DNA of 64,000 nucleotides, taken from assembly GCA_001029635.1 (NCBI GenBank), contig CP011209.1, positions 222,866 to 286,865 of the forward strand, written 5' to 3'. The notes under the pieces are model-generated. The model was not told the DNA's origin, ran no database searches, and saw nothing but the letters and a program-made list of their open reading frames with translations. Positions 9,092 through 19,722 of this stretch are shown in pieces. A program made the position numbers and the translations under genes. This DNA comes from Candidatus Wolfebacteria bacterium GW2011_GWB1_47_1 (lineage in GTDB: Bacteria > Patescibacteriota > Minisyncoccia > UBA6257 > UBA9933). Every line of letters begins with the position of its first letter. The first letter of the stretch is position 1.

Positions 9092-11545
9092 TTAGAGTGC
9101 GACTACTCCAGCAAGCTTATCCTTTTCCTTAAGGGTCATGATCTTTACGCCGATCGTCGCTCGTCCTGATGTGCGTACATCTTTGAGCGGGATGCGAATG
9201 ATCTGTCCCTTGGTGGAAACGGCGAGCAACTCCTCCTCTTCTCGGAGAATTTGTCCAGTGATGATGTTGCCGATCTTCGGCGTCACATCGGAGGTCTTGA
9301 TCCCCATGCCTCCACGGGTCTGCGTCTTGTACTCGCTGATCGGTGTCTGCTTAGCGTATCCGTTCTCGGATACGACAAGCAGCGTCTGCTTTTTGTGATC
9401 CGCCTTTTGATCGGTACGAATGATGTCGAAGCCCGCTACGCGATCACCCTTTTTTAGTTTGATTCCGCGCACACCGGCTGCGGCGCGTCCGAGCGGTTTG
9501 GTATCGGTTTCTGCAAAGCGAATCGCCTGTCCTCCGTTGGTAGTAATGATGATCTCATCTTTGCCCCCTGAAATCTTTACGCCGATGAGCGAATCACCCT
9601 TCGCGAGATTGATGGCGATGATGCCGGTCCTGCGAATATTGGCAAATTCCGATACCGAGGTCTTCTTGATTGTGCCATCTGCCGTGAGCATGACGAGATA
9701 TTGTTTCTCGGCATCCGAATCAGGGTAGGCGATGACCGCGTTGATGTTTTCATCAGGCGGAAGGTCAAGGAAGTTCTGCATCAACTTGCCCTTTGCGGTG
9801 CGGCTGCCTTGCGGAATATCGTATACCTTTGTCTGGAACACGCGACCCTTGTCGGTAAAGAAGAGGATGTTGTCATGCGTGTTTCCCGAAATGAAGGTTA
9901 CGAGCGCATCTTCATCATTCACATCGGATCCGATCAGGCCCTTGCCACCACGCTTCTGCGCCTTGTAGGTATCTGACGGAACGCGCTTGATGTAACCGCT
10001 TTGAGAAAGAGTGATGACAGTGTCCTCTTCAGGAATGAGGTCAATTTCCTTGAATTCCCCGATTGGGCTTGCGACAACCTTGGTGCGTCGATCGTCTCCG
10101 AACTTATCGCGCAGATCGCGCAATTCATTAGTGACGACACCGAGGATCTTCGCGACGCTCGCGAGGAGCGTTTGGAGTTCTTTGATGATGCGCATCTTTT
10201 CCTTAAGCTCATCCTCTATCTTTTTACTTTCAAGTGCGGCGAGCGTCTGCAAGCGCATTTCAAGAATGGCGGTTGTCTGGATATCGCTAAGCTTAAACTT
10301 CTTTACAAGGTTTACGTGAGCGTCTTCCTTACTGGCCGACTTTTTAATAGTCGCAATAACCGCATCGATAAACTCAAGTGCCTTGGCGAGTCCTTCTAAT
10401 ATATGGGCACGTTCCTGCGCCTTGCGGAGTTCGTACTCGGCACGCTTGCGAACAACTTCTTTGCGATGCTCGAGATAGTACTCAAGTATGTCCTTTAAGG
10501 AAAGGAGTTGTGGTTGTAATCCTCCCGGCGACGGGACAAGCGCCGTCATATTGAAGTTAAAGTTCTTTTGTAGGTCGGTGTGCTTATAGAGTTGATTGAG
10601 TACCTTTTGTGGAGCGGCATCACTCTTGAGCTCGACGACAATGCGCAATCCATCGCGATCGGATTCGTCCCGAAGATCCTTGATGCCCTCAATCTTCTTC
10701 TCGGTTACGAGCCCTGCGATCTTGGAGAGTAGCTCGGATTTGTTAACCTGGTACGGGATCTCGGTGATGACGATATTAAAGAGTCCACTCTTGCGCTCTT
10801 GAATGTCGGAAACGGCGCGCATCGTGACGCCACCACGGCCCGATCGGTAGGCTTCCGCAATGGCATTCTTGTCGTAGATAATGCCTCCAGTTGGGAAGTC
10901 CGGCCCTTTGATGAACTGGGTCAGATCGTCTGTGGTTGCATGTGGATTATCGGAAAGATGCAAAATGGCGTCACTGATCTCGCGCAGATTGTGCGGCGGA
11001 ATGTTGGTCGCCATACCGACGGCGATGCCCGCAACTCCGTTCAAAAGCAGTACCGGAAGTTTTGCCGGGAGGACGAGCGGCTCTTCTGTCGTACCATCAT
11101 AGTTCGGACCCCAGGAAACGGTGTCCTTTTCGATATCAAACATAAGCTCCTCGGATATTTTGGAAAGGCGACACTCGGTATAACGCATAGCAGCCTGGTT
11201 GTCTCCATCGATAGATCCCCAGTTTCCCTGGCCGTCGATTAATGGATAACGGAGCGAGAAGTCTTGCGCCATGCGTGCCATAGCGTCGTACACGGACATA
11301 TCGCCGTGCGGATGGTAGCTTTTAAGCACTTCTCCGACGACAGCTGCGGATTTGCGGTACTTTACGCCCGCCTTGAGGCCGGTCTCCCACATAGCCCACA
11401 AAATACGCCGCTGTACTGGCTTTATACCGTCGCGGACGTCTGGCAATGCGCGAGAAATAATGACCGACATCGCATAGTTAAGGTAGTCTTCCTGGATCTC
11501 TGCGCTGATCTCTCGTTTTTGAACTTTATCGAACTGTTCTTCCAT
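9092..11545 (-). CDS. gyrA: DNA gyrase subunit A
   Basis: [29 protein letters not shown], GyrA box QKRGGKG. Confidence 0.98.
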   Translation of the reverse strand: MEEQFDKVQKREISAEIQEDYLNYAMSVIISRALPDVRDGIKPVQRRILWAMWETGLKAGVKYRKSAAVVGEVLKSYHPHGDMSVYDAMARMAQDFSLRYPLIDGQGNWGSIDGDNQAAMRYTECRLSKISEELMFDIEKDTVSWGPNYDGTTEEPLVLPAKLPVLLLNGVAGIAVGMATNIPPHNLREISDAILHLSDNPHATTDDLTQFIKGPDFPTGGIIYDKNAIAEAYRSGRGGVTMRAVSDIQERKSGLFNIVITEIPYQVNKSELLSKIAGLVTEKKIEGIKDLRDESDRDGLRIVVELKSDAAPQKVLNQLYKHTDLQKNFNFNMTALVPSPGGLQPQLLSLKDILEYYLEHRKEVVRKRAEYELRKAQERAHILEGLAKALEFIDAVIATIKKSASKEDAHVNLVKKFKLSDIQTTAILEMRLQTLAALESKKIEDELKEKMRIIKELQTLLASVAKILGVVTNELRDLRDKFGDDRRTKVVASPIGEFKEIDLIPEEDTVITLSQSGYIKRVPSDTYKAQKRGGKGLIGSDVNDEDALVTFISGNTHDNILFFTDKGRVFQTKVYDIPQGSRTAKGKLMQNFLDLPPDENINAVIAYPDSDAEKQYLVMLTADGTIKKTSVSEFANIRRTGIIAINLAKGDSLIGVKISGGKDEIIITTNGGQAIRFAETDTKPLGRAAAGVRGIKLKKGDRVAGFDIIRTDQKADHKKQTLLVVSENGYAKQTPISEYKTQTRGGMGIKTSDVTPKIGNIITGQILREEEELLAVSTKGQIIRIPLKDVRTSGRATIGVKIMTLKEKDKLAGVVAL

Positions 11546-11697
11546 AATGCGTAATTAATATTGAGTAACTGATTGAGAATTTGTGTGTTTGAGTGAAGTG
11601 CGAGGCGCGGGGAGATTGGCGAGGGAGACGTGCTACTCGTACGGGGACCGAACCAATGGGGACCCGCAACGAAGCAATTTGCCAAACACGCAGATTC

Positions 11698-11997
11698 TCA
11701 CTTAGGGTTTTCTATTGTTGTGGTCCGGCGACCAATTGCCGGCATGTCTGAAATGATATTGTCGAACGCCTTGCCGAGCGAAGATCCGGTGATGGTGAGC
11801 CCATTTTTGAATACCGGCCAGAATCCAATGCGGACATCCTCTTTTGCGTTTTTGTCCGATCCGGTAAAGACAACCGCCCGCATATAGATCACCCAAAGGG
11901 AGACGATAAGAAGGATAGTAATACTGCTTAGGAGGATCAACCATTTCCGCTTCGTCTGCTGGTCGGATTGCCTGATTCGATGAATATGATGCCGCAT
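11698..11997 (-). CDS. Small single-TM hypothetical protein
   Basis: Basic N-terminus plus TM helix; same strand as neighbours. Confidence 0.65.
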   Translation of the reverse strand: MRHHIHRIRQSDQQTKRKWLILLSSITILLIVSLWVIYMRAVVFTGSDKNAKEDVRIGFWPVFKNGLTITGSSLGKAFDNIISDMPAIGRRTTTIENPK

Positions 11998-12006
11998 ACA
12001 AGTGAA

Positions 12007-12630
12007 TTAGGGCTTCAAAATAGTGATTTGAGTCGGTTTGATGGTAATGAGATCCTTTTTCTTAATCGTAAGCTTGTCTTGCGGTTCAATGTCCTTCTGA
12101 TCAAGTTCTTCGAGGAAGATCTTGAGATCTTCTGCCGGGCGCTTGAGTCCGGGAATCTTGAAAGCGGTCGGAATGAGTATCTTCGGTTGGATTTGTTTCA
12201 CAAGTTTGGCGACTTTCTTCTGATCGATATAGGGCGATCCGCTGCCCGGAATAAAGAGAATATCAATATCCTCAAGCCTTTCCATAATAGCGGGAGATGG
12301 CACTTCGGCGAGATGACCGAGGAAACAGAGCTTGATGTCTTCCAAAACGACGACGTAGACGGTCTTGAGAATCTTGTCGGTCACTTCGTTTTCCGAGAGA
12401 TAGCCGAATACGGTTGTATCTTCGATGTTGTATTCGCCTGGACCATAGATGGCAATGCCCTGATCAGGGGGAGTTTCATGGGGTGGGAAGGCCGTAAGAG
12501 TCTTAAGTAGAATGTCGTACTTGAAGCGGGGAGGAGTTAATCCACTGGAGGTGTCGACCGGGTCCGTGAGGATAGTAAATTCTCCACTCTGTATTTTGAA
12601 GCTGTTTTCTCCGTAGAAAGAAATGACCAT
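12007..12630 (-). CDS. MBL-fold (Lactamase_B_3-like) protein with degenerate metal site
   Basis: ISFYGENSFKI..ILTDP, GPGEY, IDILFIP, PKILIP. Confidence 0.75.
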   Translation of the reverse strand: MVISFYGENSFKIQSGEFTILTDPVDTSSGLTPPRFKYDILLKTLTAFPPHETPPDQGIAIYGPGEYNIEDTTVFGYLSENEVTDKILKTVYVVVLEDIKLCFLGHLAEVPSPAIMERLEDIDILFIPGSGSPYIDQKKVAKLVKQIQPKILIPTAFKIPGLKRPAEDLKIFLEELDQKDIEPQDKLTIKKKDLITIKPTQITILKP

Positions 12631-12792
12631 AGTTGGGTGTAAAATGAAAAAAAGAAAACGAAAAAGGGGAATACAGGGCAAAAAATGCCCTTAAAGCCCA
12701 TTTTTCATATTCCGTATTGCCTACTTCGTACCCGTTTACTATACCACGGAAACCCTTGATTTTCAAATGCTTTTACCGTAAGCTGTTGGTCT

Positions 12793-13926
12793 ATGGTCAC
12801 TAACAATATAGAAATTAAAAACTCATCCGCGATGAATCAGCTGACCAAAGCGGATGCGAACATCATCTCATTCCTCAAGGAGGGAGATTTGATCGAGGCA
12901 AAATTGCTCGCCAAGACAAAGCGCGGTGTGCACTTCGACCTCGGCAAGTACGGCACCGGCATTGTGTACGGTATCGAACTGATCAACTCTCGCGACATTG
13001 TGAAAGGAATGAACCCGGGCGACAGCGTGAGTGCAAAGATCGTTTCTCTCGAAAATAACGAGGGTTACGTCGAATTATCCCTGATCAACGCACAGGAACA
13101 GAAGAATTGGCAGGGTTTGAAGGATCTCAAAGATACCGACGAACCGTTTGGGGTAAAGATCAAGGGCGCAAACAGTGGTGGATTGGTTGCGGATATCCAT
13201 GGAACTAAGGCATTCTTGCCGGTATCTCAGCTGTCTAGCGAGCACTACCCACGCATCGAAAAGGGTGACCAGTCACGTATTCTCGAGGAATTGAAGAAAT
13301 TCGTCGGAGAGGAGCTGATGGTGAAGATCATCGACCTTAACCCGCGCACGAACAAGCTCATCATCTCCGAAAAGGAGGCTGTTGAGGAAAACGTCCGAGA
13401 ATTACTTGCAAAATACACGGTTGGTGACATTATCGCCGGTGTTGTATCAGGAATCGCTGATTTCGGCGCATTCGTACGATTCATCGACAATCCGGGAATC
13501 GAAGGATTGATCCACATTTCCGAGCTCGACTATCGTTTGATCGATACGCCGAAGGAGGTGGTAAAGATCGATGAGGAGATCAAAGCCAAGATCATCGAGA
13601 TCAAGGACGATAAGGTATTTCTCTCGCTTAAGGCATTAAAGCCGAATCCGTGGGAAACCGTATCTGACAAGTTCAAGGAAGGAGAAGAAGTCGAAGGAAA
13701 GGTATACAAGGTCAACCCGTTTGGGGCATACATCGACTTAGGGCAGGATCTCTATGGTCTTATCCATGTATCCGAATTCGGATCTCCGGAAGAACTACGA
13801 AAGCAGATGGAACCGGGCAAAAAACATGCATTCACTGTTGAGGCGATCAAGCCTGACGAAAAGCGCATCATGTTGAAGCTCAAGGGTCACAAAAAGGCAT
13901 CCAAGAAGGAAGAAGCAGAAGCATAA
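12793..13926 (+). CDS. rpsA: 30S ribosomal protein S1 (four S1 domains)
   Basis: Repeated S1 motifs AFLPVSQL, FGAFV..EGLIHISEL, GLIHVSE. Confidence 0.9.
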   Translation: MVTNNIEIKNSSAMNQLTKADANIISFLKEGDLIEAKLLAKTKRGVHFDLGKYGTGIVYGIELINSRDIVKGMNPGDSVSAKIVSLENNEGYVELSLINAQEQKNWQGLKDLKDTDEPFGVKIKGANSGGLVADIHGTKAFLPVSQLSSEHYPRIEKGDQSRILEELKKFVGEELMVKIIDLNPRTNKLIISEKEAVEENVRELLAKYTVGDIIAGVVSGIADFGAFVRFIDNPGIEGLIHISELDYRLIDTPKEVVKIDEEIKAKIIEIKDDKVFLSLKALKPNPWETVSDKFKEGEEVEGKVYKVNPFGAYIDLGQDLYGLIHVSEFGSPEELRKQMEPGKKHAFTVEAIKPDEKRIMLKLKGHKKASKKEEAEA

Positions 13927-14068
13927 TACAAAAAACCCGCAGAAATGCGGGTTTTTGCTTAGTTGACATTTTCATATTATATGTTCTATAATATATACAG
14001 AACTTGCAATGTAATAGAAAAGGAAAGGTGTTGGCAATCAACTACTCATGGTATAGGGAGGTTGTTTG

Positions 14069-14500
14069 ATGAATGAGACAAATTTTGTATTTCCCCTCGA
14101 GCAAAGGACACTGGGTTGCTGCCTTGTTTGTCCTTGCTGCAACGAAGTGGTAGCCAACGGCGCGCCGTACGAAGCACGCGCGAATCAGCGGGTGCATACT
14201 GCCTGCGCAAAACGCTTTGACCTGGTTATGAAGATAAAGCCTGATGTCGAGGGGATCCTCGACGGCGTTCCGCAGCAGGTTCTCGAAGGAACCGATCTGC
14301 CGGGAAGGCTGTCTCGTGCCTGCACCATCGTCGCGATCCGCATGATCGTGACGGACTTCTGCGTGGCGCTCCAGGAGGCAAAGAAGTGGCTCAAAGAGCA
14401 GTTTGAAGAACTCGCCCAGTGGGCATCCGAGCAGTTGATCCCGATCGGGCAGAGGGTCCAGGTTACTCCGCAGCAAATAATGAAGTACCTGGCGGTGTAA
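14069..14500 (+). CDS. Orphan protein with a putative Zn-binding N-terminus
   Basis: CPCC...HTAC; GGGAGG SD; TTGACA-N18-TATAAT promoter; terminator near 14551-14586. Confidence 0.7.
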   Translation: MNETNFVFPLEQRTLGCCLVCPCCNEVVANGAPYEARANQRVHTACAKRFDLVMKIKPDVEGILDGVPQQVLEGTDLPGRLSRACTIVAIRMIVTDFCVALQEAKKWLKEQFEELAQWASEQLIPIGQRVQVTPQQIMKYLAV

Positions 14501-14610
14501 AACTGCGAGGCTTGTGAAGTAATTCAACCGCAACACCTTCCCTGCTATTCGAGGCTGCCGCAAGCTACGGCAGCCTCAATTTTTTTCACATTGCAATTAC
14601 AGAAAAACTG

Positions 14611-15357
14611 ATGGATAGTAACAAGGAAATGGAACGAAAAGATATAATAGTTATATATGAGGACAAAAATCTAGTGGCGATTAACAAGCCGGCGCATCTT
14701 TTGGTACATCCATACGCAGAGGGGAATGACTACGCATTAACCGACTGGCTCTTGAAGCACTATCCCGAGGTGAAGAAGGTTGGCGACGACCCGAAGCAGC
14801 GCCCGGGTATTGTGCACCGACTGGATAAGAACACATCGGGTGTGATTTTGGTTCCGCGTACGCAGGAATATTTTGCGTATCTTAAGAATCTGTTTCAGAC
14901 AAGAGGTATAAAAAAGGCATATCTCGCCTTGGTATGGGGGAAGATACAGGAAAAAAAAGGGATTATAGATAAGCCGATCAGCTTGAAGGGTGGCACGACC
15001 AAGCGAACGGTGCATGAGGGAAAGATGACCAAGGAAGCGTTGACCGAATATGAGGTGGTGGAACGGTTTGAATTTGATGATCCGGCTGCGGAAAAACGTA
15101 AGATCTATGAGTTGACATTGGTCCGTGCATGGCCCAAAACGGGCCGTACACACCAAATAAGGGTACATCTGGCATCCATAGGGCATGCGATTGTCGGAGA
15201 CACCATGTATGGAGCAAAAATGAACCCCCTAGGAATTGATAGGCACTTCCTGCATGCGGAATCACTCGAATTTGTGGCATCGCAGGGGCATAAGCTGGTT
15301 ATTGAGGCGGAGCTGGCCACTGATCTACAAAAGGTTTTAAAGAAGGTGAGGGGGTAA
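14611..15357 (+). CDS. RluA/RluD-family pseudouridine synthase
   Basis: INKP, HRLDKNTSG, TGRTHQIRVH, LHA. Confidence 0.95.
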   Translation: MDSNKEMERKDIIVIYEDKNLVAINKPAHLLVHPYAEGNDYALTDWLLKHYPEVKKVGDDPKQRPGIVHRLDKNTSGVILVPRTQEYFAYLKNLFQTRGIKKAYLALVWGKIQEKKGIIDKPISLKGGTTKRTVHEGKMTKEALTEYEVVERFEFDDPAAEKRKIYELTLVRAWPKTGRTHQIRVHLASIGHAIVGDTMYGAKMNPLGIDRHFLHAESLEFVASQGHKLVIEAELATDLQKVLKKVRG

Positions 15358-15442
15358 GGTATGGTGCCGTGTCATTACCGCTTCCGAGGGAATGACAAAT
15401 TTGTTTGACAATATGGGCATTATCCTATAATATAACCACACT

Positions 15443-15766
15443 ATGGATAAAGAACTCATGGCAAAAATAAAGCCGGGAGCAAGCGTTCGCGTCTGGGAGC
15501 GCATTAAGGATGGCGACAAGGAGCGCATCAGCAAATTCCAGGGGATTATCATTGCGACAAAGCATGGCAAGGAGATTGGTTCGACATTTACCGTTCGTTC
15601 GATCATTAGCGAAATTGGCGTTGAAAAGGTATATCCGTTCAACACCCCGCTGATCGCGAAGGTGGAAGTATTGACCGCCCCAAAGAAGGTACGACGCGCA
15701 AAGCTCTACTTCGTACGAGACCTCTCGAAGAAGAAGACTCGCGAAAAGATTGGCATCGCCGCATAA
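15443..15766 (+). CDS. rplS: 50S ribosomal protein L19
   Basis: FQGIIIA..STFTVR..GVEK..KVRRAKLYF. Confidence 0.97.
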   Translation: MDKELMAKIKPGASVRVWERIKDGDKERISKFQGIIIATKHGKEIGSTFTVRSIISEIGVEKVYPFNTPLIAKVEVLTAPKKVRRAKLYFVRDLSKKKTREKIGIAA

Positions 15767-15855
15767 CAAAAAGATCCGCTTCGGCGGATTTTTTGTTATA
15801 TATTGTGCCACTTGAAAAACGGGGAAGGATTCAGTAGTATTGGTAAGTATTGGAG

Positions 15856-15939
15856 GCGCGGGTGGCGAAATTGGTAGACGCACTACCTTGAGGTGGTAAC
15901 GCTGGCAACGGCATGGAGGTTCGAGTCCTCTCCCGCGCA
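15856..15939 (+). tRNA. tRNA-Leu(GAG)
   Basis: GCGCGGG/CCCGCGC acceptor stem, anticodon loop TTGAGGT, long variable arm. Confidence 0.95.
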
Positions 15940-15985
15940 CAAATAAAAACAGTCTGCCTGGAGCCGACTGTTTTTGATATACTAA

Positions 15986-16519
15986 ATGCATATGATCCTC
16001 ATTAATACCGGCAATGGAAAGGGCAAAACAACGGCAGCTCTTGGCGTTGCCATGCGTGAGCTAGGGAACGGCAAGCGCGTCGCAATGGTACAGTTCATCA
16101 AAGGTCCGTGGAAGAGTGGGGAAGATTTTTTTGCGAAACGATTCAATATTCCACAGACAACATTCAAGTTGGTGAAGACAGGGAGGGGATTTGTGGGCAT
16201 ATTGGGGGACACGCTTCCGCGCGAGGAACATCGCAAAGCGGCTCAGGATGGGCTGGCATTGGCGGCAAAATTGATAGGATCAAAAAAATATGATCTGGTA
16301 ATTCTTGATGAAATACACAATGCAATACAGTTGAAGCTGCTGTCTATAAGAGATGTGCATAAAGTTATTAAAGAAGCGCCAAAAGAAATTAATATTATTA
16401 TGACAGGGCGCGACGCCGTAAAGCATTTTGTTGCACTTGCTGATGTAGTGACCGATATGGGAGAAGTGAAACATATCTATAATGAGGGAGTGAAGGCGGA
16501 AAAAGGGATGGATTTTTAA
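15986..16519 (+). CDS. cobO: Cob(I)alamin adenosyltransferase (CobA/CobO/BtuR family)
   Basis: TGNGKGKTTAALG, VQFIKG, LVILDE, TGR, A.KG.DF. Confidence 0.92.
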   Translation: MHMILINTGNGKGKTTAALGVAMRELGNGKRVAMVQFIKGPWKSGEDFFAKRFNIPQTTFKLVKTGRGFVGILGDTLPREEHRKAAQDGLALAAKLIGSKKYDLVILDEIHNAIQLKLLSIRDVHKVIKEAPKEINIIMTGRDAVKHFVALADVVTDMGEVKHIYNEGVKAEKGMDF

Positions 16520-16524
16520 AAGAT

Positions 16525-17985
16525 ATGCATCTCCACGAATCCGTATTTTGGGGAATCGTGTTTTTTCTGGTCGGTATATTTTTGGCACCATCGATACGTC
16601 TTGCGGCGTTGGCTATTATTACAATAGTGGGGGCAGGAGTGGCCGCATACCGGGGGGGAAGCAAGCGGATCGCATGGTTCGCCGCACTCGTATCGTTTGT
16701 CGTTATTGGTGCGATGTATTGGGTAGGCTACAACGTGCATCAAAAAAATAAAACGGTCACGTTGATCGGCAAGAGAGCGACAATAACGGGGCACGTGCTC
16801 GACGTTCGCAGAAGCGAAAAGAGCCAACGGGTTGTAATCAAGTTAAATGATGTGACGGGTGGGAAAATTTCAGTGATGGCACGTCCATATCCTATGCTAC
16901 GCTATGGTGACGTGATAACAGCAAGCGGTGCAATAAAGAAGCCCGATGAAAAAAATCGCATGTATCTATTGAAGGATGCAATTTTCGCGACCATGCAGTT
17001 TCCTGAAATAAAACTGGTGAAGCAAAATGACGGCAACACGATACTCATGCGATTGCTGGAAATCAGAAAGAGGGCGGTCGCGACATACAAGAAGTTATTA
17101 CCAGCCGAAGAGGCGGCGTTGCTCGCAGGCATTACCTTGGGAGAGCGCGCGGAATTCAGTAGAGAGTTTAAAACGCAGATGGCAAATAGTGGTACGACGC
17201 ACCTGGTCGCGTTGTCGGGATACAATATCAGTGTCGTGGCGGGTGCGGTGCTATTGCTCTGCGGGTCTATAATGCGTCGCACGGCAGCATTTTACGCGAC
17301 GCTTGGCATCATTGTCGCATTTGTCGTTATGTCGGGAGCGGAAGCGTCGGTGGTACGAGCCGCAATTATGGGCAGTATTGTACTACTCGCGGCACATATT
17401 GGGAGGGCACACAGCATGCGCAACGCGATTGCGGTAAGCGCGGCGGCGATGGTGATATGGAATCCGAATGTATTGCGCTACGATCTTGGGTTCCAGCTGT
17501 CCTTCTTGGCGTTCATCGGCATCGTATATCTGAAACCGCATCTCGACCGATATATAAAAAGAAAGAAAAATGGATTTCTTGATTGGCGTGAGAACCTGTC
17601 GGGTACGCTCTCGGCACAAGTGATGGTCTTTCCCATATTAATGCAATCAGTCGGTTCGTTTTCGTTGGTATCGTTGGCGTCTAATATCGTGATTCTTGCG
17701 TTCATCCCCGTGACCATGGGACTGGGGTTTGTGATTGCGGGACTTGGGTTTGTTGTAAGTCCGCTGACAACATTTCCCGCCTGGATAGCATCTCTAGTGC
17801 TAAAATACGAGATCGCAATAATCGAATTATTCGGAGCGAATGAAGGGTTTTCGATGCCGATGACAGCCGCATGGGTGGTGCTGTATTATGGAATAATTGG
17901 AGGGGCTCTAGCATATTTGCGTCATCGCAACAAGATGCACATATGTACGTCATCCGATGACGTACATACCATACGACAATTATGA
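16525..17985 (+). CDS. comEC: ComEC/Rec2 DNA-uptake channel (membrane and OB parts)
   Basis: SGTTHLVALSGYNI, ASVVRAAIM, DLGFQLSF. Confidence 0.93.
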   Translation: MHLHESVFWGIVFFLVGIFLAPSIRLAALAIITIVGAGVAAYRGGSKRIAWFAALVSFVVIGAMYWVGYNVHQKNKTVTLIGKRATITGHVLDVRRSEKSQRVVIKLNDVTGGKISVMARPYPMLRYGDVITASGAIKKPDEKNRMYLLKDAIFATMQFPEIKLVKQNDGNTILMRLLEIRKRAVATYKKLLPAEEAALLAGITLGERAEFSREFKTQMANSGTTHLVALSGYNISVVAGAVLLLCGSIMRRTAAFYATLGIIVAFVVMSGAEASVVRAAIMGSIVLLAAHIGRAHSMRNAIAVSAAAMVIWNPNVLRYDLGFQLSFLAFIGIVYLKPHLDRYIKRKKNGFLDWRENLSGTLSAQVMVFPILMQSVGSFSLVSLASNIVILAFIPVTMGLGFVIAGLGFVVSPLTTFPAWIASLVLKYEIAIIELFGANEGFSMPMTAAWVVLYYGIIGGALAYLRHRNKMHICTSSDDVHTIRQL

Positions 17986-18812
17986 AACCCCGCTTCAAGA
18001 TAATCCTCATCTGCCTTATCATCCTCGACCTGCTGGCGTGGAGTAATATTGTGTTCGGTACATTCGGCAAGCGGCTTGAGATGTATTTTTTTGATGTCGG
18101 TCAAGGGGACAGCGAAATGATTGTTATGCCGGGGAATGTGAAGATACTTATCGATGGCGGGCCGGATAATGGGAAGGTAGTGTCCCAGTTGGATGACAGC
18201 GCGTCATGGCACGATCGCTATATAGATCTGGTAATGATCTCGCATGCGGAGCTCGACCATTTTGGGGGATTGCTCGACGTGGTACAGCGGTATGAGATTG
18301 GTATGATCATATACAACGGAAACGGAAGCGATTCGGAAAGCTTCAAGGAGCTTGCGCAACGGGCAAAGGAGCAGAAGATCCCGGTGATTGTAGTAGCTGA
18401 GGGGGATAGCATAGAGTATTTGGATAATAAGATGAAGATATTATCTGCGCAGGGGAAGAATAGGAATGAGGGCGCAATCGTCGCGAAATTCACAGGAGGG
18501 GGTGTGTCTGCGCTATTTACCGGGGATATCGGTAGGGAAACAGAAAAGGAGTTGATAAAAGATGGGGATATAAAAGCGGATATTATTAAGATCCCGCATC
18601 ACGGGTCGAAGTTCTCGGCGACTGAGGAATTCTTGAAAAGCGTCCAGCCGAAGATAGCAATTATAGAGGTTGGTAAAAACTCCTACGGACACCCGACTAA
18701 AGAGGTATTAGAGCGGATTAAAAAGACAAAGGCACGACTATTTCGCACCGATACTGATGGCATGGTGCGGCTAGTGGTCGAGAACGGAACAATCAAACAG
18801 TACGAGGACTGA
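17982..18812 (+). CDS. ComEC-associated MBL domain as a separate protein
   Basis: FDVGQGD, ILIDGG, SHAELDHFGG, FTGD, PHHGS, YGHP. Confidence 0.93.
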   Translation: MKPRFKIILICLIILDLLAWSNIVFGTFGKRLEMYFFDVGQGDSEMIVMPGNVKILIDGGPDNGKVVSQLDDSASWHDRYIDLVMISHAELDHFGGLLDVVQRYEIGMIIYNGNGSDSESFKELAQRAKEQKIPVIVVAEGDSIEYLDNKMKILSAQGKNRNEGAIVAKFTGGGVSALFTGDIGRETEKELIKDGDIKADIIKIPHHGSKFSATEEFLKSVQPKIAIIEVGKNSYGHPTKEVLERIKKTKARLFRTDTDGMVRLVVENGTIKQYED

Positions 18813-18815
18813 TAA

Positions 18816-19550
18816 TTAGACGGTAGAATCCCAAATAATATCAAACATAGATTTAAAAACGTCTATCATCGCCGGTATGGTGATCGCGACCGCCAGCGAA
18901 TCAAGTTCAGGGCTGATGATTAGGATGCTATCACTGAATATATTGATGGTGCTTTTAAACGTGTATTTTTCAGGAAGATATTTGAATTCCCTCAATAGCG
19001 ATTGATCGATCGGATTACTTGTAGCAGATTCGGCGGAGAGAAGAAGCTTTGTTTTGATTTTCTGCTTTGCGCGTTGTTCTCGAAAGCGCTTAAAAAAATC
19101 TTGCGCCATACCCTCCCAGGTAAGTACGTTTCCAATGACATAGTGTTCGCTGCCTGGGCGGTCGGCTAGTGTTTCATTGTAAAAAAGTTCGAGCTCTTCT
19201 CTGGTTTCGATAAAACGGAGGCCAAAAGGCTTGAGCGGTGTTTTCTCGATAGATTTTAAGTAGGGGACTACGCTATTGAGCATGTCCAGCTTCTTCTCGT
19301 AGATGCGAGGCAATTTTTGTGGGTCAACGGCATGGTACACCCGCTTACCCTTTTTAAAATAGAGAAGAACAACCCCCTTTTCCGCGAGTGATTTAAGAGG
19401 TGCATAAATAGAGGCGCGTTTTGCTCCGATTGTTTTGGCAATAGTGCTAGCAGGAGCCCCTCCAAGCTTAAGGCAGGCAAGATACGCATCGATCTCTATT
19501 TGAGAAAGGCCAAAGTGCGTTAAAACCAAAAGATCCCTAGAGTGATTCAT
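18816..19550 (-). CDS. TrmB-family transcriptional regulator (1 of 5)
   Basis: FGLSQ.E..AYLACL..G wHTH plus C-terminal effector domain. Confidence 0.85.
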   Translation of the reverse strand: MNHSRDLLVLTHFGLSQIEIDAYLACLKLGGAPASTIAKTIGAKRASIYAPLKSLAEKGVVLLYFKKGKRVYHAVDPQKLPRIYEKKLDMLNSVVPYLKSIEKTPLKPFGLRFIETREELELFYNETLADRPGSEHYVIGNVLTWEGMAQDFFKRFREQRAKQKIKTKLLLSAESATSNPIDQSLLREFKYLPEKYTFKSTINIFSDSILIISPELDSLAVAITIPAMIDVFKSMFDIIWDSTV

Positions 19551-19722
19551 ATGTTTAAATAATACAACACTTTTTATATATAGTAAAATAATGCAGTATT
19601 TATGCCATAAAAATAAGCCAATGAGTTTTAAATTATGGACAACTGGACAGAATTGAGTTATTGTGGCGATATACTAAATAAAAGGATATCGGATCCGATC
19701 GACCGATCTCTTAATAAACGAT

